Assembly: GCF_036321535.1 (NCBI RefSeq)
Contig: NC_087438.1
Span: 3,722,001-3,786,000 of the forward strand
Origin: Camelus dromedarius
Taxonomy: Eukaryota
Length of the DNA: 64,000 nucleotides
Reading direction: 5' to 3'
Position 1 is the stretch's first letter; each line of letters begins with the position of its first letter. Shown piece by piece: positions 1 to 11,292 of this stretch. Made by a program: the position numbers and the translations under genes. The notes beneath the pieces were generated by a model. The model saw only the letters and a program-made list of their open reading frames with translations, made no database searches and was not told the origin of the DNA.

Positions 1-624
1 CCTGGTGGGGGAGGACGGGGACCCCCAGCAAGGGTGAGCACCCACGTGGTCCTGCCTTCTGTCCTGAGAGAGCTCCTCTGACCCTGGTTCCACCAGCAGA
101 AGATTGAACGTTTGGCCCCGTCTTACAAACAGATCAGCTTCCTCAGGAGGAAGGAAGACGAGGAGAGGGAGTCCCGTGGGTCTGTGGGTTTGAGTGGGCA
201 GCGGAGGGTATGTAAAGCAAGTGCCCCCTGCTGTGTCTCCCCAGCACAGAGGCCAGGGCATTCAGTGAAACCAAGGCCCTTGCCTCTGCTAATGTGACAG
301 AGTGATCACCGAACAGCCCGGAGGAGCAGGTGGCCCTCCATCCATATCCCCTCCACGTGTCTCCAGACGAGCGTGGGCTGCACACTTCGGGAGCCTAGAA
401 AAAGATGAATAGTTCTCCGAACTTTATATATTAGTCAGTTTGTTTTCTTTTCCGCTTCATTAAAGCCTTCTGCTGTTGTTTGAACATTCAAAGTAAAACC
501 CATTTTAACATCTAAACAATCTTAAAATGGAAATTGTTTTTTCTTCATGGTTGGATAGCTTCATGTTGGCCATAGTGATTTTTAAACCCTGCTCCAAATC
601 AAGGAAGAAAACACCCCAGTCTTG

Positions 625-830
625 CTGTTAAAAACAAGACAGCAGCCCCAAATGGAGTTGCTTATGCTGAGCCCCAGACTGAGACAACTGAATTAGACTT
701 TCGGCTCTCCCAGACCTGGGACCCTGCGCCAGTCAATCGGGAATCTCCTGACCAGGGCTGGTTAGGCAATGTGCCTGGCAGACCCTGCCGTCCCCTCAAG
801 GAAAGTGACCTGGCCATAACCAGCCCACTT
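625..830. mobile_element. Degraded ERV-type solo LTR fragment
   Basis: Starts TGTTAAAAAC... and contains AAATGGAGTTGCTTATGCTGAGCCCC, resembling old ERV1 (MER34-like) LTR 5' portions. Family not determined. Confidence 0.35.
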
Positions 831-832
831 TG

Positions 833-880
<48 letters not shown>
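833..880. repeat. (TCTA)n microsatellite
   Basis: About 12 tandem ATCT units seen directly, abutting an L1 fragment. Confidence 0.97.
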
Positions 881-882
<2 letters not shown>

Positions 883-1207
883 ATCCAGTCATCTGTCAAT
901 GTGCATTCAGGTTGCTTCTATGTCTTGGTTACTGTAAACAGTGCAGCTATGAACATTGGCATGCATCTTTTTGAGTTAAAGTTTTCTCCAGACATATGTC
1001 CAGGAGTGGGATTGTTGGATCATGTGTAACTCTATTTTTAGTTTTTAAAGGAATCTCCATTCTGTTCTCCAGAGTGGTTGCACCAATTTCCATTCCCACC
1101 AGCAGTGTAGGAGGGTTCCCTTTTCTCCACACCCTCTACAGCATTTATTATTTGTAGACTTTTTAATGAAGGCCATCCTGACTGGTGAGAGGTGGTACCT
1201 CACTGCA
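881..1207 (-). mobile_element. LINE-1 fragment (ORF2 C-terminus / 3' region)
   Basis: Minus-strand translation [44 protein letters not shown] matches the L1 ORF2 Cys-rich C-terminus. Confidence 0.95.
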
Positions 1208-1621
1208 GTGAAACCACTTCTATTTAGAATGGCTGTGCCTTTTCCTTCTGGTCCTCTTTCTGTGAAGGCCTCAGGGCTCCCCAGTTTGACCCCAGCCTCT
1301 GCAGGAAGCACACTGTGGTTTAGGAAACTCAGCTGCTGGGCACTTGTCCCATGAGCTGTTCACTAGCTAAGTGTTGTGCAAACTTAACAGATACATCTCA
1401 TGATACTGTCTCCTCCCCGGGAACAGCTACCCAAGGTTTCCATTCCAGGGTTGAGGACCCACAGGTGCCGGTGGTGGAATTGTGCCTGGGGAGGAAGATC
1501 TCAGAGTCCTGATAGACAGGCAGCCACTGAGGCCAAAGGCGGGTGTTGACCATGATTATACACAATTTTCTGAGTCACAACAAAATGAAGATGTGTAGAA
1601 TGATGAAAAGTGCGAGTGGCA

Positions 1622-1810
1622 GGCAGGGAGGGCATAGCTCAGTGGTAGAGCGCGTGCTCAGCATGTGCAAGGTCCTGGGTTCAATCCCTAGCACCTCCAT
1701 TAAAATAAAGAAATAAAAACCTAATTACCTCTCCCCCTAAAAAAGAACAAATAAAAATAAAAATGTGAAATATTTTTTTAAAAAGCTCAAAAAATTTAAA
1801 GATTAAAAAT
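1622..1810 (+). mobile_element. tRNA-Ala-derived SINE (camelid vic-1 type) with target-site duplication
   Basis: Head GGGAGGGCATAGCTCAGTGGTAGAGCGCGTGCTCAGCATG...GGTTCAATCCC, body CCTAATTACCTCTCCCC and A-rich tail. Flanking repeats are AAGTGCGAGTGGCA (1608-1621) and AAGTGGGAGTTGCA (1811-1824). Confidence 0.92.
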
Positions 1811-2099
1811 AAGTGGGAGTTGCACAGCAATACACCTGGCTAATGAGATGAGGAAGGACTTGTGTTCAGTGATGTGTATTAACTCATCCTGGCCCAGAGC
1901 GGTGCAGCCTAGCACCAAGCGGGAAGAGCTAGTTAATTTACATCCACAAACTCCGTGCGTGTTGACAATTGTTGCTGTTTGTTTGGCTTTATTTTTTCAT
2001 AAGTCAATAGATCCTGAATAAATTTTTCATACTTAACTGCCCTCTCATTCAAGGGAACTCATTTCATCATATATTTCCCCAAGTGAAGTTTCCCAGGAT

Positions 2100-2670
2100 A
2101 TTCTTTTGAAATTGAGATAAAATTCATATAATGTGAAATTCACCATTTAAACAACTTTCAAGTATACATTTTAGTGGCTTTTAGTACATTCACAGCATTA
2201 TGCAACCATCACCTCTATCTAGTTCTGGGACATTTTCACCACCTCGAAAGGAGACCCTGGGCAGGGGGAGGGTACGGCTCAGTGGTAGAGCACGTGCTTA
2301 GCATGCATGAGGTCCTGGGTTCAAGCCCCAGTATCTCCATTAAAATAAATAAATAAATACGTAAAGCCCTAATTATCTACCCCACCAAAAATGGGGACCC
2401 TGTACCCCTGGCAGTCACTAATATGCTTCTGCCTCAATTGATTTGCTTACTCTGGACATCGCATACAAGTGAAATCATGCAATTTGTGCCCTTCGGTGTC
2501 TGGTTTCTCTCACTTAGCATAATGTTTTCAAAATTCATCCCTGGTGCAGCATATTTCACTACTGCATTCTTTTTTATGGCCGAGTTATATGGATACACTG
2601 AGTGTGTTTATTCACTCAGCAGTGAATTGATGAAGGCTTTGGGTGTTTCCACATTTTGGCTATTGTGATG
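2100..2670 (-). mobile_element. Old LINE-1 (L1M-type) 3' end, interrupted by a SINE
   Basis: TTGAGATAAAATTCATATAATGTGAAATTCACCATTT...TGGTTTCTCTCACTTAGCATAATGTTTTC is the typical antisense L1MB-type 3' UTR. Confidence 0.85.
2260..2390 (+). mobile_element. tRNA-Ala-derived SINE (vic-1 type)
   Basis: A and B boxes (GCTCAGTGG, GGTTCAAGCCC), vic-1-like tail, and approximate flanking duplication GGAGACCCTG / GGGGACCCTG. Confidence 0.92.
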
Positions 2671-5600
2671 GGCAGGTTTTTTAAAGGCCTTTTTCTTTGT
2701 TGTTTTTGCCGCAAAATTTTAAAACTATACAACTCACCCTTCTAGATTCATTCTAGACTCCACTTCTCCTGTAACCTCTTGACTGGGATTACGGAGCAGC
2801 CTGCACCTCCTCAGTATCCCCGCCGCCCCCGTCGACAGCCAGCGCAGGGGAAAGCGTCCAGAGGGTAGCTGGCTCCGTCAAGTCCGGCAAGACTTAGGCC
2901 TTTGGAATGCGGGGTGCAGGTGAGGATGTGGACCACTGGAATTCCTGCGGAAGAATTAACACGTGTGTCTCTGATGAAGTTAACTCTTTGCAGCTGGTCC
3001 CCTCCCCGGCGATGCCCTCCCTCACCACAGCCCCACCCCCCTCACTCCCCACCCCGCGCACTCGCACATTCTGGAGCCGCCCCTTCCTGCTCTTCAGCGC
3101 CGTGTGCTTCGGACTTGAGTATGAGGACAGCAAAGGGCGTCACCTACACGCACCCCTATGTGGACATGTGATTACTGGAAGCCAGTGTCTGTGAGAGAGA
3201 CAGGCCCCGGGGTTTGGGTGTGAGCCAATCCCTGTCTCAGGAGTGGCAGAGGACGACTCTGGCTTCCTCGTGTCTCCCAGTTGATCGTGGTCTCTCAGCC
3301 TCTGCTCTATGGACACAGTGGCCCAGATATCGTCCTAGGGCCCACGCCTTGCAGGACAGGGAGCTGTGTCCCTGGCCTCTGCCCACTGATGCTAAAAGCA
3401 CCACTCCGCCTCTTCCAGCGTGATGATCAAGCATGTCTGCTGAACGTCCCCGGGGAGGCAGCCTCATCTCTGCGTGAGAACCTCTGGGTCCGAGAGAGTA
3501 CTCAGACTCATTACTCCCAGGACCTCTAAGCCTGGTCCTTGGTGGGGAGGAGGGGACAGGGACAGCACCAGGAAATTACAGGCAGAGGAGGGTTATCTGG
3601 AGAGAGGAAGCCGTCCCGGTGAGATGTGTGTTTGTGTAGGCCCGAGGGCTGTCTTCCTAGGGGACACTTTTAACCGAGCGGCTGATCACAGGGTCAGGGC
3701 CACCCTGACTGCCCATCTGCCACTGCTCACTAGGAGACTGCCGTCTGAAACCCGGTTCTGGTTTCTGCCCTCTTTGGAGAGAATAGCAGATGAGGTCACA
3801 AGGGTTAATGGGCACTAAAAGCTACTCTGTTCTGTTATTTCTCCAAGGAAAACAAGTCACCATGGTTTTTGAATGCAGGTCTCTAAAATAACAATGCTAG
3901 CAGTGGCTGCTCACGACGAGTCGCGCAGTTGTCTGTGGACAGCCTTGGATCCGCTTTCATGTCCTTTACTCAAAATGGTCTTGGGAGGTAGGCGAAAATA
4001 GGTAAATAAGGCATGGCAGCAGACACTTTTAACCCAAAACAGTAAAAAAGCTTTCATCAAAGTCATGGAGGCATGAGTCGCCTGTCCCGGGGTCCCTCTG
4101 GTGGCGTTTTCCACGTTGAGTCAGCGCCGTTCCCTGTGCGGCTGTTTCTCACGTGTTCCCTTGCAGGTTTCCCCATCACCAGCGGTAGTCGCTGCTCTTT
4201 TGACGTTTGGCGTCTGTGTTTTCAGCAGCTCACTCTGCACTCTTTCCCTCCACCCGCTGCCATCTTCCCTGGCACCCACAGACCCTGTAGGGCTGGGCTG
4301 GCTGCGTTGTTAATTTATAGAACGAAGCCCTGTTCCTGTCCCAACCTTGCCTTTTTCTTCTCTGTTCAAAGATTCTTCCCAATTTGTTTCCTTCTGTGTT
4401 TAAACGTGGCCTCTGCTCCAAGCCATTCTACAACCCCCCTTCCATTCGGCTTCTACCTGGGGCTCTTCCTTGTACCTTTGTCTTTTCAGCACTAGCTGAT
4501 GAGCCAGCAGGAGCCAGGGACCTGCCGCTGATGAGCTCTGGGGCCTTGCTTGGGCCACCGGATGAGTCTCTCCTCATCGCTTCACCTGAAAAGAAGGGCT
4601 CATGCTACCTGCCTCTGAGGCATAGCTGGGAGAGTGCAAGATGGTAATTTTTAAAGTGCTTTGTGAGCCGAAAATGTAAATGGAAAGTAGTGTCTAATTG
4701 TTTATGTTTCTTGCTACTTACCTTGCTTCCCGAGTTCATCACAGACCACTTCTTCCATCACTCTGTCTTGCATGTTCTTGTTACCCTACTCACATCTAGC
4801 ATCTTTTGAATTTCTCCTTATTTCCACTGTTTCCATCTGCTTTAGGTGATATTCTTTAGAGAGCATGGAAATAAATGCAAACTCCAGAAGCTCTGAGCTC
4901 TGAAATGTCCTTGGTACTGACTAATGTCCCTGGCACTGATGGCCAGAACCTATACCCCTCAAGCAAAAGTGCCAAGATGACTTAAATGGATGGTCCTCCT
5001 TCTGGATGGAAAACATCCCTTCCCTTCAGATGCACCTACTGAGCATAGCCTCACCTGCAACCGCAGCAGGGTAATCATGCCAAGAAAATGTGCTAGGCTC
5101 TCCAGCTCCTCCCTCATCTTCTCTCTTATTCTTTTGTATTTCTTTCTGGGGGAGAGGTGTGAGGGGAAAGGGACAAGGACCAGAAGAAAAGGAGAGATTC
5201 GACCCTGTAGACCTGGAGAGGGCAGCGTCTCACCTTGACACGGCCAACTGGACTCCTCTCGTGTGTCCACTCCGAATGATGGCTCTGGCTCCCTGGCGTG
5301 CTGCGGAGAAGGACCAGCTCACCCAGAAGGTGTTTGTTTACCAATTGGTGATGCCTGGGCAGGTGCTGGGCTGGGGAGTGGTGGCAAGCATGCTGGAAGT
5401 CCCTTCTCCCAGCTCAGTCCAAACTTGGTTAATTTTTCCTTTGGGGTTGTTCATGACTCAGTTACATAAGAAGTTTCTTGACACTTTTACTCTTCTGTGC
5501 GTTGGTGCTTATAAAAAAAGGGAATATTTAAAGGCTTTCTAGTCAGTGAAAGGCCCTTGGTGAGGAAACTTTGTTGGCAGCCTCTGAGCTGCAACAGGCA

Positions 5601-6659
5601 TCTCAGAATCAGAGAGATTTAGAGCCAAGAGGGTTTACTGTCTCTCGTTCTGCACTGCAGCTGCCCCAGCCCCGCTTCTCTTTTTCTCCGCATTCTGTTC
5701 AGTAATTGCCACTCTGAGTTCTTTGGCAAAGGAAGCTGTTTCCATCTCAGTAAAACTTCACAGCCATGCGACTTGGATGAGGTGCAGCCACGGAGGAGGA
5801 ATTGTCAGCATTGCTTTTCTCAGGGGTCCAGAAAGAAAGGGTTGTCTCTTGTGCCAAATGAGGCGTTCTTTCTCTCTGCTGCGTCGTTCCTGCCCAGTGG
5901 GCTTGAGACGGATGCTTTGCCAGCATACTCCAGTTGAGATAGTAACTTTATTTATGCTGAGCAGTTCTGACCATTCATTACTAATCCATCATCTCTGTTC
6001 TACAGGCTATTACTGAGCAGTAATATTGCTCAACTGAGATTCAGGAAGCCAACTGTCACTTCAGTTGTATTCAGTGGAGTCAACAGCCAGGCGGCAGTCA
6101 TGCTGCAGCTCAGCCCTTGCTGGCCCAGGACATTAGGAAGGGGGTTTTGGGGTTTTTTCAAGGGAGCTGGCCTTTCTAATCCCTGGGCCAAAGAAAGAAA
6201 AAGGGAGTGTTACATTTTCCAATTTAAAATGAATTTTGAAACTGAGAAGGAGAGTTGGTATTCAACTAAGTTGAAGATTGAAAAAAAAAAGATACTTATC
6301 TTTGGGGTCCACCTGGGGCAAAAAGATAACTGAGAACAGGAACTGAGCTGGCTTTTCTAGTCTAGAGAGAAGGTACACCAGCAGAGCGTTTCTAGAATGG
6401 AAATTGGTAACAGCTACTCAAAGTCTGGGCATTCTAAATATCCTTGAACTCAGTAATTTAGTTCTAGGAAGTTATTCTGAGAAATAGCTGGAGGTAATTT
6501 CACTCATTAAACTCGAAGTGTGTTTATTATGATGCTCTTGACAATAAAGAAATATGGACAACCTAAATGTAACAAGGTTGACATATCATGATGTTGCAGA
6601 AAAACATTTAGTCTTGCAGAAATTATTGTTTATTAAATAAAACAAAAAAATTAAAAAAG

Positions 6660-8085
6660 GAATATGTGCAGCTACAGTAATCAAAATGGCCCAGTACTGG
6701 CATAAAGACAGATGTGTAGACCAATGGACTAAAACTGAGAGTCTAGAAGTAGATGTGTACACCTACAGCCAACTGATTTTCAACAAAGGTGCCAAGACCA
6801 TTCAGTGGGGGAAAGAATAGTCTCTTCAACAAGTGGTGCTGGGACAGCTGGACGTACACACATAAAAAGAGTGAAGTTGGACCCCTATGCAAAAATTAAC
6901 ACAAAATGGATCAATGACCTAAATAAAAGAGCAAAAATCATAAAATACTTAGAAGACAACAAAGGAGTAAAACTTCACAGCCTTGTATTTGGTAATGGAG
7001 TCCTAGATGTAACACTAAAAGCATGAGCAATAACAGAAAAAAATAGGTAAATTGGACTTCATTAAAATAAAAACTTCTGTGCATCAAAGGATATTGTGAA
7101 CAAGCAAAATGTATAGAATGGAAGAAAATATTTATCAATTATGTCTATAATAAAATTATAAATTACATATCTAGCATTCAGAATACATAAAGAACTCTTA
7201 GAACTCAACAACAAGAAGACAAACAACCCAATCAAGAAAACGGGCAAAGGACGATGAATGGACATTTTTCCAAAGAAAATCGACAAATGACCAACAAGCA
7301 CATGAAAAGGTACCCCGTGTGTCACCAGGAAAATGCAAGTCAAAACCACAGTGAGATACCACTTCACACCCTCTAGTATGACTATAATAGTGGTTAAAAA
7401 AAAGAGGAAAATAACAGATGTGGGTGCGGCTCTGAAGAAACTGAAATCCTCGTGGATTGCTAGTGGGGATGTAAAATATTTTGGCCTCTGGGGAAAACAG
7501 TTTGGCAGTTCCTCAAAAAGTTAAACATAGAATTTCATATGACTTTGCAATTCCACTCCTGGGTATAGACTCAAAAAAGTTGAAAACAAGTTCTCAGCAA
7601 GTACATGGTTATAGGCAAAAGGTAGAAATATAAACATACAATAGCCAAAAGGTAGACCTAGCCCACGTCCATCGACAGATGAACGGATAAACGAAATGTG
7701 GTCCATCCATACAACGGTGTAGTATTGGACCATAAAGTGGAATGAAGTCCCGATCCACGTTGTAACCTAGATGAACTTTCTAGAACATTGTGCCAGCTGA
7801 AAGCAGACACGCACAACAGGTCACATATCTATGATTCCATTTATATGAAGTGTCCAGAACAGAGTAATCCATGGGGCAGAACGCAGACTGGTGGTTGCCA
7901 GGGGCTGGGGGGAGGGGAGGACGGAAAGAGACTCTTTAGCGATGAGTGGATTTAACTTCCAGGTTTGAAACTAGACACAGGTGGAGATCGCACAACAGAG
8001 AGAATGTACAAAATGCCATTGACTTATCCACTTTAAAATGGTTTATTATATATATGTTTGACCTCGATGAATTAGTTTGAAAAAA
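6660..8085 (+). mobile_element. LINE-1 (L1MB-type) 3' portion of ORF2 plus 3' UTR, degenerate
   Basis: Remnants such as KLDPY..INTKWINDLN and MQVKTTVRYHFTP, followed by an L1 3' UTR (GTGGTTGCCAGGGGCTGGGGG) and frameshifts. Confidence 0.92.
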
Positions 8086-10834
8086 GCAGTCTATGCAATA
8101 TCCTGTTTTTGTTAAAAATGTTCACACACACACACACACACACATACACAAAGGAAAAGGCTGGAAGATGGTTCATTTGTAAAACTGCTGACCATTTTCA
8201 TCTCTGGGAGGCGGGATTCCAGGATGGGCAGCAGGAAGGCACAGCCTTGCCTGGGTGCTGGGGCCTGGCTGCTGGGGCCTGGGTGCTGGGGTCTGGGCCA
8301 GAGCGGCCGGCTCGCTCCTCAGTCCCATGACCCTGGGAGTGTTACTCAGCTGCTGGCTCAGAGTTGATGTCGGGGTGAATAAGACAATGGGCAGCAAGCC
8401 CCCCCAGGCAGGGCCCAGCACACATCAGTACTGGTGACTTCTTACTGTTTTTAAAGGCAATCAAGTTTATTTATATTTTTTAAATTTCCTACAGTGAAAA
8501 AGTGAAAAAACCAGGCTTCGTTATAATATTTGGCAGAAGTGTGGAGAAAGAGGACCAGGCCCCTCAGCCCTGCAAAGCCAGGCCACTGGGACCTCCTCGG
8601 GGAGGGGCAAGGGCTTCAGAGTTAGTGTGCGGTAAGGAAGAGAATTGTAAACAGGGCTTGGACCAGTCCCCACACACATGCTATTAGTGTTAATGTGCAC
8701 TGTTGAAACTTGAAAAATAATGGACATTGAATAGAGACTTTCCAGTGGGGTTTTCTTGCCTGGAAGGCTCCACCCCTTCCCTCAGGTTCATGCTGGGATT
8801 TCGGAGCCTCCTGGTACATTGTCTTTCCGGCATTCGTTACAGCTCTCAGTTACATACCGAGGTTTGCTCAGTGAATGCTCCTCTATCGGGACAGAATACT
8901 CCACAAGGCCATGCACAGTGAACATTTTGTTCACTTCTTTCCCCAGTTTCTGGCTCAGCACACAGAACCAGTGTGATAAACGTATTTGAATGAATTGGGG
9001 TGAGAAGACAGAGACAGGTAATCATTACTAGATGACAGGCTTCCCAATCACTGATCCCATTAGACCATCCCTCACCAGGAAGATCGTCTCATGAGAAGGC
9101 CAAGCAAGCTGTTGGGTTGTGTCGGTGCTGTGGGTGGGCAGGTGGGGATCCTGCAGCTGTTTGGGGGGCACAGGCCCCTTCCTGATGCCCCTACACATCG
9201 TCCAGCTCTCCTTTCCACTCTGGCCATCCGTGCATCACTGCATACCCCCTCCCCCAGGGTACTTGTGCAAAGTGTTTAGGGCTGGGCAGCATCTTTTAGG
9301 TGCAGAGAGCAGTAAGTAGGAAGGGGTGTGATTCTGTCTTGTCCTCTATTGCTCTCTGTACCTACTCAGTGTCGATCAGAAGGTGGAAAATAACCCTCAG
9401 CAAAGTCTTCAGCCCGAGAGCTGTCCCTCCAAATACGAAGACCATGACTTAAATTTCCAAACTCATGTGATCTCATGATTCCAGGTAATGATTAAAGACT
9501 GAATCAGAATCTTTCGTGTGAGGACCTGGGATTCTGAATTTTACATCACTTTCCCAGGAGATTTTTATGATCAGACAAGTCTAGGAAAAGTTTGCTCAAA
9601 TGAAAAGTGTAAGAAGCAAGCTGTTTTAGAACCTTGGAAGTTGCAGCATTCACAGGAGCCCCATGGTGGGTATGGAGGATACTGAAACACTGTCATCGTC
9701 TGTGTCTCAAGATCCTCACTTCTAGGAACCACTTGGGTTAAAGCCTTGGTCACTAACCTCTTGTGGACTCTTCCATGCCCCGGAGGAGTGGAGAAGCTGG
9801 CAAAACTCACAACATCAGTTTCTTGGATCTCTTCTTTGGTGAAGAAATGGCTTCAGAAAGGGGATGCTCAGGGTGTCCTGTCATTGACACAGAGAACTCG
9901 CAAACATGGGCATGAGAGATCTCCACCTTGGTAAGCCTGCTGACACTACTCCGGCTTATCATACCTGAAGGAAACCTATCCTCCAGGGCCCTTTCCCGGG
10001 CAGAGAGAAGCAGACATCTGAGACTTACTGTGACTCAACTTTTAGGATGCTCAGATGATATGGAAGACTCAGAAAGGAAAGCTTCAGCTCAGCTGTAGAT
10101 GTGGCATTTTAAAGCCATTCGTAAAAGGGCCCCTGAACTTTGTAGAGTTGAACCCAATATAAGTAAAAAAAAAAAAAAAAAGAGAGAGAGAAAAAAAATC
10201 TGCAGACATGGTGGGCAGTGGAGGTGACGGGGACATTTATTATTATTTCCTAACACCACCGCCACGGACCACGGCAGAATGAGATGTCATGCAGATCAAT
10301 CAGGAGATGAAATTTCTCTGTGAGCTCAGGATGCTGCCAAGACTTACTTGTTTCCCTCTTTCTCGGGGCTCAGAAGCCTCCTACAGCCGAGTGGCCCTTT
10401 CTGCTCATCTGCGTTTTTATTGGAATGCATTTGTTGGGTTGGTCTCTGAGATTACTCTGTGTGTCTGTCGGTCTTCAGAGATACCTGGCCCTAGGATGTG
10501 CTCCAGAGGCCAAGGGCCAGGGAAGCAGTGAGACATCGTAAAGGGGTCTCACAGGAAAGAGCCAGAAGCCTCAAACCACCCAGCAAACTTGGCCACTGCG
10601 GAGTCATTTGGGAATGGAGGCCTCCCCAGAGATAAGGGTGTAAGGAGACCCTTCACACCTGACTTCTCCCTTTCCATCCCCTGTCTTTGGAGGCAAGTCA
10701 TGGAGTCCAGCCCACACTCAGAGAGCGCAGTGGGGGCGGGTCTATGCCCCTCTCCTGGGGAAGGGTATTTACCGGTGTGACGCTGGGAACCAACTTTTGC
10801 TTTGTTAATTTTCTCTAGGGTAGACAAACCCATT

Positions 10835-11013
10835 TAATTTAATTTATTTTATTTTTCTAAATTTACCCTTAAAATTTTTTTAATGTTTTGGGTGGGAGGT
10901 AATTAGGTTTTTAAAAATTTATGTATTTATTTTGATGGTGGTGTTGGGGATTGAACCCAGAACCTCGTGTATGCTGAACAATCACTCTACTACTGAGCTA
11001 TACCCTCACCCCT
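10835..11013 (-). mobile_element. tRNA-Ala-derived SINE (vic-1 type)
   Basis: Reverse complement begins GGGGTGAGGGTATAGCTCAGTAGTAGAG...GGTTCAATCCCC. Body GGTAATTAGG on +, with T-rich tail. Confidence 0.9.
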
Positions 11014-11014
11014 A

Positions 11015-11292
11015 TTTTACTTTTTAATTCTTATTTTTTATTGTAGTGTAGTTGATTTGCAATGTTAGTTTCAGATGTACAGCAAAGCGATTTGGTTATG
11101 CTTATACATACATATGTGTATTTTTTTCAGATTCTTTTCCATTACAGCTAATTATAAGAAACTGAATATCATTCCCTGTGCTGTACAGTAGGACCTTGTT
11201 GTTTATTTTATATATATTGGTTAGTATCTGCAAATCTCGAACTCCCAATTTATCCCTCCCTACCCTCTTTCCCCCTGGTAACCACAAGTCTA
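11015..11292 (-). mobile_element. 5'-truncated cetartiodactyl-type LINE-1 3' UTR
   Basis: GTAGTTGATTTGCAATGTT...TTCCCTGTGCTGTACAGTAGGACCTTGTTG...CCCCTGGTAACCAC, homologous to copies at ~38.3 and ~57.7 kb. Confidence 0.85.

Noticed and set aside
2265..2340. Apparent tRNA-Ala gene
   Set aside because: Followed by the SINE body and A-rich tail, flanked by a duplication, and repeated at five other sites, so it is a SINE head.
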